From a virus (taxonomy: Duplodnaviria; Caudoviricetes): 53,127 nucleotides of DNA. The stretch is taken from positions 1-53,127 of the IMG/VR virus record IMGVR_UViG_3300044675_006021; one strand, written 5' to 3'. The notes below the pieces were generated by a model. It did no database searches and was not told the origin of the DNA. It saw nothing but the letters and a program-made list of their open reading frames with translations. Below are positions 46,619-53,127 of this stretch, piece after piece. Numbering within the stretch: position 1 is the stretch's first letter; every line of letters starts with the position of its first letter. The position numbers were made by a program, and so were the translations under genes.

Positions 46619-49303
46619 ATGGAAGACATCATTAATGTAACAGTATATGAAACACCATATGGTGTTGCGGGGCCGCAAGGTCCACAGGGTAGCACTGGTG
46701 CAACTGGACCACAGGGTCCAGCTGGTCCAACTGGAGCACAAGGTGATCCTGGATCTGTCGGTCCACCCGGACCTCCTGGAAATATTGGTCCAGAAGGACC
46801 ACAAGGACCAGAAGGACCTATTGGAAATACTGGGCCCCAAGGTGAAATAGGCCCAACTGGACCACAGGGGAATACTGGAGCTTGTGGTGATATATACCGA
46901 AGTACATCTAACACCACTGTAAATTTAAGTGCCATTACTTTTGGTAGTGTAGTTCAACTAAATGTTGGGGCAAACTATGCTTATAGCAAAGTTCAGACAA
47001 TTTTGGTTGCAAATGATACTTCAAATTATTTTACTGGTTTGGTCAATGGATACTCTGGCCAAACACTTTCTATTCAAGTAGATGGTGTGACTGGTTCTGG
47101 TAGTTTTTCTTCTTGGGACGTAAACCTTGCTGGAGCTGTTGGGCAGGCCGGACCACAAGGTGCACAAGGCAATACCGGTGCAACAGGAGCACAGGGAAAC
47201 ACGGGAAATACTCCGACAGAATATGTCGCCAGTTTCAATGGACTTACTGGCAATGTGTTTGGTGTTCCCAGTATAAACGGCAGCACTGCTGCAGCAGAAG
47301 TAGTTTCTACATTGAATGGAATGACTGGAACAATAACAAATGTTGCTTTCAGAAATATAGGAAATACATTTAGCGTAGACCAGCAGGTAAGTTACGCAAA
47401 TAGAGTAACTACCATTTCAAATAATTCAATTGTATTCAATAATAGTCTAACAGGTATAACCAGAACTATAAACTATTCTTCTCTAGGATTAACAGTTACG
47501 CAGATTACAATACCAGGAGAAAGTGGAACAATTGCTCTAACCTCCGGTGTTGTAAGTTCTTTCAATGGAAAGACGGGCGGTATTCAAGGGCTTGAATTGG
47601 TTACTGCTGGTGCCGGAATGAGTCTTTCCGGACAAACCGGAAGCGTAATATTCCAGAATACAGGAGTACTGCGCTTCAATGGATTGTCAGGTGGAATTAC
47701 TCTTGCGGCTGGTTCAAATATTGGATTGACTACCGATGGAAATGTTATAACCATTTCTTCAACCGGTTCTTCGGGCGGAACTTCTGGTGTAGAATCATTC
47801 AACGGATTTACGGGTGCAGTAACGGGAGTAAGCAATCTAGTTGCATCAACCGGAATTTTTGTATCTGGAGCTACTGGAAATATAACTGTATCGAATACAG
47901 GTGTTAGAACTCTTTCCGGTCAAGCCAGTCAGGTATCAGTTTCTGGATCTACAGGTGATGTTATTGTTTCTTTGCCAACAAGCATAATCAATATTAATTC
48001 TATATCGGCTGAAGAAGATACCAATTTGCTTTTAAACAGCACCGACAGTCTGATACCTTCACAAAATACAACTTTGACTTTAGGTGCAGCCGGAATTACT
48101 TCTAGCAGATCAGTCTCCATCGTAGGAAACCTAAAAGTAAGTGGTTCTTATGAAGGAAGAGTTGTCAGATCCTTCAATGGAATAACCGGAGCTGTACAGG
48201 GAGTGTGTGCGGCATTTGCAGGCACCGGAATTGGTTTGTCGGGAACTACCGGAAATATAACAATATCCAACCTCGGTGTACTTTCCATGACTTTGGGAAT
48301 AGGAAGAAATGCCGCTTTAGGTCCAGGTGTTGGTGCTGGATTGAATATTTCTGGAACAACTGGAAATATTACACTAGAGTATTATGGAATTAGGAGACTC
48401 TCTACACTTCAAGGTCTAACATTGAATCCTCCTGGTGGTACTGGTATCGTCACAATAGTTAATACGGGACTGTGGAGTCTTAATGGTTTGTCTTTTGGCA
48501 ATGCAAATATTGTGGGTTCTACTGGAATATCCGTAACAGTTCCTTCTTCGACTCAGATTTCTATTGAAAATTCTGGAGTTCTTTCTGTAAACGGACAAAC
48601 TGGCGACGTTACCGTATCTAGCGCAGCATCAGGTGTAACGGATGGCAGCGCCATAATATGGAATCTGAGACCTCTTGGAAATACGACAGGTGATTTGATT
48701 GCCTATAGCGGAAACAGCTGGTCCGTAACACCAAGAGATTATGTAACAACTCCCAGTATTTGGCAGACTGTTCCGGATTCAACAAATCAATACCCCTCAT
48801 CAAAATATTCAGCTAGCGGCGATTCAGTAAATGTAAACGGTGCGTCCGGCAATGGCTTTGTATTGGGTGAATTGGTTCAAATCAGTTTATGGACACAAGA
48901 TCCAAATGCAGGAATTACTTTAAATTCCGGAACATGGTGGTTAAATTATACTGTTTATGACGATAGTTTTGGTGGAAATCCTGGAACATTGCTTGGAGCA
49001 TTTTCTGGGTTGACTTTAGTATCCGCACCCAGACACTTCCAACCTCAAGTTTCCCATTCGGGTGATGTTATGGGATTTGCCTTAAAGGTTCGTGGTTCCA
49101 CTTACAACGCCTTTGATGGGCGTGGTGGCCCTTACGGAAACACTGGATGTACGCTAGACCCCAACCAAAAGCCGTTAAACCCAAGTGATCCATGTGCTTC
49201 AAACGGTATTGAAGAATGGACCATATGTACACAGCCTGTTCGTGGATTCACTTACAATGGTTGCTATTATGCAGATGGATGCGGGGACCCAATATGCCCC
49301 TAA
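46619..49303 (+). CDS. Collagen-like fibre protein 2 (894 aa)
   Basis: N-terminal G-X-Y tract, a module shared with fibre 1, many V.S.NG.TG and N.GV repeats, and a Cys-rich C-terminus. Confidence 0.85.
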   Translation: MEDIINVTVYETPYGVAGPQGPQGSTGATGPQGPAGPTGAQGDPGSVGPPGPPGNIGPEGPQGPEGPIGNTGPQGEIGPTGPQGNTGACGDIYRSTSNTTVNLSAITFGSVVQLNVGANYAYSKVQTILVANDTSNYFTGLVNGYSGQTLSIQVDGVTGSGSFSSWDVNLAGAVGQAGPQGAQGNTGATGAQGNTGNTPTEYVASFNGLTGNVFGVPSINGSTAAAEVVSTLNGMTGTITNVAFRNIGNTFSVDQQVSYANRVTTISNNSIVFNNSLTGITRTINYSSLGLTVTQITIPGESGTIALTSGVVSSFNGKTGGIQGLELVTAGAGMSLSGQTGSVIFQNTGVLRFNGLSGGITLAAGSNIGLTTDGNVITISSTGSSGGTSGVESFNGFTGAVTGVSNLVASTGIFVSGATGNITVSNTGVRTLSGQASQVSVSGSTGDVIVSLPTSIININSISAEEDTNLLLNSTDSLIPSQNTTLTLGAAGITSSRSVSIVGNLKVSGSYEGRVVRSFNGITGAVQGVCAAFAGTGIGLSGTTGNITISNLGVLSMTLGIGRNAALGPGVGAGLNISGTTGNITLEYYGIRRLSTLQGLTLNPPGGTGIVTIVNTGLWSLNGLSFGNANIVGSTGISVTVPSSTQISIENSGVLSVNGQTGDVTVSSAASGVTDGSAIIWNLRPLGNTTGDLIAYSGNSWSVTPRDYVTTPSIWQTVPDSTNQYPSSKYSASGDSVNVNGASGNGFVLGELVQISLWTQDPNAGITLNSGTWWLNYTVYDDSFGGNPGTLLGAFSGLTLVSAPRHFQPQVSHSGDVMGFALKVRGSTYNAFDGRGGPYGNTGCTLDPNQKPLNPSDPCASNGIEEWTICTQPVRGFTYNGCYYADGCGDPICP

Positions 49304-49306
49304 ATA
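49299..49306 (+). promoter_or_regulatory. Late promoter CCTAAATA
   Basis: Overlaps the stop codon, 10 nt before the next ATG. Confidence 0.6.
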
Positions 49307-49316
49307 GTATAAACTA

Positions 49317-51524
49317 ATGTTCTTCGGAAAGAACAAAACATCCCTAAAACTGGCAAAACAGCACCCAGAACTGCTGATGGGGTGTGAGTATTTCATTGTA
49401 GAACAGGTAGAGAATCCAAAAAAAATAAAAATTGGTTCTGGTCTGACTCAATTATTACTAAAAAACTCCGATGGTGAAGAATACATCATCGAAGGAAACT
49501 CATCCAAAATCAAGGAATATTTTGTTCCAACAATGGCATTTGAATATCTAAACGGCAAATTAGTAAAAGTAAAGCACGCAGTAGGATCTCTTTTCCAAAA
49601 TCAGATTCTAAAAGAAGTTGCTCCTTGTAAGTATGATGAAAAAATTCAGCTGGGAATTGGCATCACTGAACATTATTTCATACAAAAAGACACAAACAAA
49701 GTAATAAAAGTTTATGGCAATTCCAAGCAAATTAAAAATTTGTTTGAGGAAATTGTAACTCCAAATAAACAAGCCGTCCAAATTCAACCAATACAAAATT
49801 CCGTTGGTCAAGTTTCCTTGACTGAAGATGCTTCAGGACAAAGCATTCAGATAAAGGGCGTGAAGGGAGATAAGGGTGACCGTGGTGAAGTTGGTCCACG
49901 TGGACTGGTTGGCCCAATGGGCCCAAAAGGCCCAGAAGGAGAACAAGGAGAAGTTGGCCCCCAAGGACCAAAAGGCGATAAGGGCGACAAAGGAGATGTT
50001 GGCGAACGAGGTTTGGTTGGACTGCGTGGGCCAAAGGGAGAAAAAGGTGACCGTGGAGATGCTGGACCGCAAGGCCCACAGGGACCTGATGGACCACAAG
50101 GAAAAGATGGAAAAGACGGTAAGGATGGAGCTCGGGGTCCAATCGGACTACCCGGACAAAACGGAGCTCCCGGAGCACGTGGTCCAGAAGGTGTTCCAGG
50201 AAAAGATGGTAGGGATGGAAAAGATGGAATATCACCGGTAATTTCTGCAAATTATCCTTTAATTTTAGAAGACGGTACTTTAAGTTTTGATTCTGACAAG
50301 TTTACTAAAGTACTTGATCATTTTAAAAACACAGATATTCAGAACGCCATTAATAAACTTTCCACCGCAATTCCTACAGGTGGCGGTGCGGTAGGAATCA
50401 AAGAAGATGGTAATAGGATTATTAAATCTGTAAGCGATATTAACTTTACAGGTTCTGGAGTCTCGGTTACTCGCCAAGGCAAAAATGTTACCGTTGATAT
50501 TTCCGGTGGAGGTGGACCTGGAGGCGGGGTTTCGCAAATAACGGCAGGACCCGGAATAACTTTAGATCCATCCGGTGGTACGGGTGTTGTACAAATTTCT
50601 AGTTTGGCTACTGTAAAAGGCACCCCAGGAATGTTGCAGTTGGCTGCAGCCAACGGGGATCTGGAAGTCAATACTGGTTTGATTTTGGATCCAATATCAG
50701 CTCAATTAAGTGTTCCGAACGGATTAAAAATATCTTCAGGTTTGCCAGAGTCTTATATTGAATTTGCCGATGGGACTACGCAGGGCACAGCAATGCTCCG
50801 AGGAAATACAGGTGCAACTGGACCAGCTGGACCTACCGGATCACAAGGAAGTACGGGATCAGCTGGTGCTACGGGATCTCAAGGTCCACAAGGAAATACT
50901 GGACCAGCTGGACCTACTGGTTCACAAGGTCCTCAAGGAAACACCGGTGCTACGGGATCACAAGGTCCACAAGGAAATACTGGACCAGCTGGACCTACTG
51001 GTCCCCAAGGGCCTCAAGGAAACACTGGTGCTACTGGACCAGCTGGCCCCGCTGGTGCTGGAGGAACTTATTATTATCAATTAACTGCACCAACAGGCCC
51101 CGGAATCACAATGGGGTTCCGCTGGATGGCTTCCGATACTGGTATTGAATATGTTTATATTAATGATGGTAATAGTAATCAGTGGGTTCAACCAACAAAT
51201 ACCGGAGGTTCTAGCACAACTTCAATTTCTATTCTTGCAACTACTGGTGTTACTGGTGCAACATACGCAGCTCTTTCTTCCGATTATTATATCGGAGTAA
51301 GTTACGCAGGTCCCGTTACTATAACTCTTCCAACCAACCCAGAAACAGGAAGAGAAATTGTGGTCAAGGATGAATCTGGAAATGCAGGAAACGGAGTCAA
51401 TCGTCAGATCACGATTGTCGGAGCCACTGCATCTCATAAGATAGACAATCAAAGTTCAGCAATAATAAATTTAGACAACGCTGGTCTGCATTTTATCTAC
51501 AGATCCGGCTGGAGAATAATATAA
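49317..51524 (+). CDS. Collagen-like protein 3 (735 aa)
   Basis: Charged G-X-Y tract ([15 protein letters not shown]), a second Thr-rich G-X-Y tract, and a C-terminal DYYIGV...TITLP....G....VKDESG.A....ITI domain. Confidence 0.85.
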   Translation: MFFGKNKTSLKLAKQHPELLMGCEYFIVEQVENPKKIKIGSGLTQLLLKNSDGEEYIIEGNSSKIKEYFVPTMAFEYLNGKLVKVKHAVGSLFQNQILKEVAPCKYDEKIQLGIGITEHYFIQKDTNKVIKVYGNSKQIKNLFEEIVTPNKQAVQIQPIQNSVGQVSLTEDASGQSIQIKGVKGDKGDRGEVGPRGLVGPMGPKGPEGEQGEVGPQGPKGDKGDKGDVGERGLVGLRGPKGEKGDRGDAGPQGPQGPDGPQGKDGKDGKDGARGPIGLPGQNGAPGARGPEGVPGKDGRDGKDGISPVISANYPLILEDGTLSFDSDKFTKVLDHFKNTDIQNAINKLSTAIPTGGGAVGIKEDGNRIIKSVSDINFTGSGVSVTRQGKNVTVDISGGGGPGGGVSQITAGPGITLDPSGGTGVVQISSLATVKGTPGMLQLAAANGDLEVNTGLILDPISAQLSVPNGLKISSGLPESYIEFADGTTQGTAMLRGNTGATGPAGPTGSQGSTGSAGATGSQGPQGNTGPAGPTGSQGPQGNTGATGSQGPQGNTGPAGPTGPQGPQGNTGATGPAGPAGAGGTYYYQLTAPTGPGITMGFRWMASDTGIEYVYINDGNSNQWVQPTNTGGSSTTSISILATTGVTGATYAALSSDYYIGVSYAGPVTITLPTNPETGREIVVKDESGNAGNGVNRQITIVGATASHKIDNQSSAIINLDNAGLHFIYRSGWRII
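50865..51037 (+). repeat. 81-bp tandem duplication inside the collagen tract
   Basis: ggtgctacgggatcNcaaggtccacaaggaaatactggaccagctggacctactggt... starts at 50865 and 50946, with a partial third copy at 51027. Confidence 0.85.
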
Positions 51525-52759
51525 TGTCATACTTATACAATGATTTAGTAGGTTTCAAGGGAAATGTGGTTGATGCGTTTAATCGACTAAAAGTTAGCAA
51601 TCCTTTTACCTTATTTGACAGTCAGCAAAGATATACACTCAGTGATAAATGGAATTATGTTGGAGTAAGTGGCGGCACATATTCATTTAATCCAGTAGAA
51701 AGCACGGTATCTCTAACTTCAGGAACTACAAGTGGTTCTAAGATGTATGTTGAAACTAAAAGGGTGTTTCCATACCAGCCGGGAAAATCTTTGACTATTG
51801 TTGATTCGTTTGCAATGGCTCAACCAAAAAGTGGATTACGTCAACGGGTTGGATATTTTGGTATAACAGGTGGTGTTACAGCTGGAACGCCATATAACGG
51901 AGTATATCTACAGCAAGATGGATTGACGTTGTCAGTTTGCTTGACATCTGCTTCACTCGGAACCACACAAACGGTAACACAATCAAATTGGAATGGTGAC
52001 AAATTTGATGGAACTGGTGATTCTGGTGTTACGATAGATGTAACAAAAGGGAATATTTTTTGGCTAGACGTTGAATGGTTGGGTGTGGGTGATGTCCGCA
52101 CTGGATTCTTTATAGATGGTAAACCTGTTGTGGCACACACATTTTATAATACAAATAAAAATTCAACAACCTATATGTCAACTGCATGTTTGCCTTTGCG
52201 ATACGAGATTGAAAATACTGCTGGACAAACAGGCAGCAGTACCATGAGACAAATTTGTTCAACGATATTGTCTGAAGGTGGATATGAAGGATTCAGCAGA
52301 AGATACAACGTAACTCATAGTGGAACTACACCCCATACTTTAACAACAGCAGGAACTCAATATCCACTGGTTGCAATACGATTGGCCCCCGATAGATTGG
52401 ATAGTATTATTGTGCCGTCAAATATTAGTGTGGCAATAGAGCCGGATACAAACAACAAACCATTAGTAGTGCAATACAGAATTTTATTAAATCCAACTTT
52501 AACGGGAAACACGTGGGCAACACATTTCAATGGAAATGTTCAATATAATGTTACGGCTACGGGAGTTACTGGCGGAACTGATATTATAGGTGGATATATA
52601 AGTAGCAGCGGAACCTTGGATGTATCTTCCATAAATGATTTCAATTTTCAAATAGGAAGAACACAACTGGGAGTAAGCGATACATTTGTTCTCGTACTGG
52701 TTCCTACGGAAAATGGCACAGAAGGTTATACCGACCTTTCATGGTTTGAAATCATATAA
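51524..52759 (+). CDS. Probable virion structural protein (beta-rich, lectin-like)
   Basis: DAF.RL.VS.P.TLFDS, YQPGKS, WN.D..DGTG.SG and WLGVG.VR.GF motifs of a widespread phage family; part of the late operon. Confidence 0.7.
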   Translation: MSYLYNDLVGFKGNVVDAFNRLKVSNPFTLFDSQQRYTLSDKWNYVGVSGGTYSFNPVESTVSLTSGTTSGSKMYVETKRVFPYQPGKSLTIVDSFAMAQPKSGLRQRVGYFGITGGVTAGTPYNGVYLQQDGLTLSVCLTSASLGTTQTVTQSNWNGDKFDGTGDSGVTIDVTKGNIFWLDVEWLGVGDVRTGFFIDGKPVVAHTFYNTNKNSTTYMSTACLPLRYEIENTAGQTGSSTMRQICSTILSEGGYEGFSRRYNVTHSGTTPHTLTTAGTQYPLVAIRLAPDRLDSIIVPSNISVAIEPDTNNKPLVVQYRILLNPTLTGNTWATHFNGNVQYNVTATGVTGGTDIIGGYISSSGTLDVSSINDFNFQIGRTQLGVSDTFVLVLVPTENGTEGYTDLSWFEII

Positions 52760-52762
52760 ATA
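52755..52762 (+). promoter_or_regulatory. Late promoter TATAAATA
   Basis: Exact consensus, 7 nt before the ATG. Confidence 0.75.
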
Positions 52763-52769
52763 TTAAGAC

Positions 52770-53033
52770 ATGCCATTAGATTTTCCTCCATCCCCATCAC
52801 TAAACGAAATTTACACCTTTGGTGGTAGTTCTTGGATCTGGAATGGCAGCGCATGGAATGTTTATAGCACCACAGCGGTTGTAAATACCCTAAATGGACT
52901 TACTGGTACAGTAGGTCTTTCTGCCGGAAGTGGTATTACGTTAACTTCTGCAGGAAATACAATTACAATTTCTGCTTCTGGTGGTGGGGGAGTAGACGAA
53001 GCATTCGTAATCGCTATGGCAACTGTACTATAA
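52770..53033 (+). CDS. Small fibre-like protein (87 aa)
   Basis: FP.SP.....YT.....W.WNG.AW module, an NGLTG repeat and a C-terminal IAMA..L motif. Confidence 0.7.
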   Translation: MPLDFPPSPSLNEIYTFGGSSWIWNGSAWNVYSTTAVVNTLNGLTGTVGLSAGSGITLTSAGNTITISASGGGGVDEAFVIAMATVL

Positions 53034-53036
53034 ATA
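53029..53036 (+). promoter_or_regulatory. Late promoter TATAAATA
   Basis: Exact consensus overlapping the stop codon. Confidence 0.7.
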
Positions 53037-53049
53037 TAGGGGATACTAA

Positions 53050-53127
53050 ATGAAACAATTACTAGGCCAAGATACGTCAGGAACTTACACTTTTAACCCA
53101 ACTGCAAAGACAGTAACCTTTTCAGGA
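53050..53127 (+). CDS. Partial late gene (truncated by the window end)
   Basis: MKQLLGQDTSGTYTFNPTAKTVTFSG..., after a late promoter and an AGGGG SD. Confidence 0.65.
   Translation, partial: MKQLLGQDTSGTYTFNPTAKTVTFSG

Noticed and set aside
45377-47160. Similar segments in fibres 1 and 2 as a diversity-generating retroelement TR/VR pair
   Set aside because: The differences are at synonymous positions rather than adenine-specific, both copies are internal coding sequence, and no reverse transcriptase is present.
1148-52140. Many antisense or alternate-frame ORFs in the track (e.g. 21374-21892, 36490-37071, 42075-42623, 49732-50250)
   Set aside because: They are shadows of well-supported genes, caused by codon bias and Gly-rich repeats, and have no motifs or translation signals.
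1-53127. tRNA, rRNA or other structured RNA genes
   Set aside because: Intergenic gaps are nearly all under 100 bp and are explained by promoters and terminators; no cloverleaf or T-loop motif was seen.

Overview
A 53-kb piece of a T4-like (Tevenvirinae/Kyanoviridae-type) large dsDNA myophage genome. It starts at the 3' end of gp32, then runs through a compact, divergent baseplate/neck/packaging/tail/head module (gp26-gp51, gp54, gp4, gp48, gp53, split hub, gp25, short gp6 and gp7, gp13-gp23, gp3). Next come an inverted uvsY-uvsW block, a ~10-kb AT-rich island of 13 glycosyltransferase, methyltransferase and nucleotide-sugar genes, and the gp55-gp47-gp46-gp45-gp44-gp62-regA block. A GT2-TPR glycosyltransferase then sits directly upstream of a late operon of Thr-rich collagen-like fibre proteins. 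Four things stand out. (1) A probable phage-encoded virion glycosylation system, with a G/N-x-T/S-G motif spread through the virion proteins. (2) A start-less gp51 reachable only through a T-TTT-TTT -1 frameshift at the end of gp26, analogous to lambda G/GT. (3) A strongly miniaturised tail and baseplate with no long tape measure, gp5 or gp8 in the window. (4) Late promoters positioned to give leaderless mRNAs. All family assignments come from motif recognition and synteny by eye; no database searches were run.
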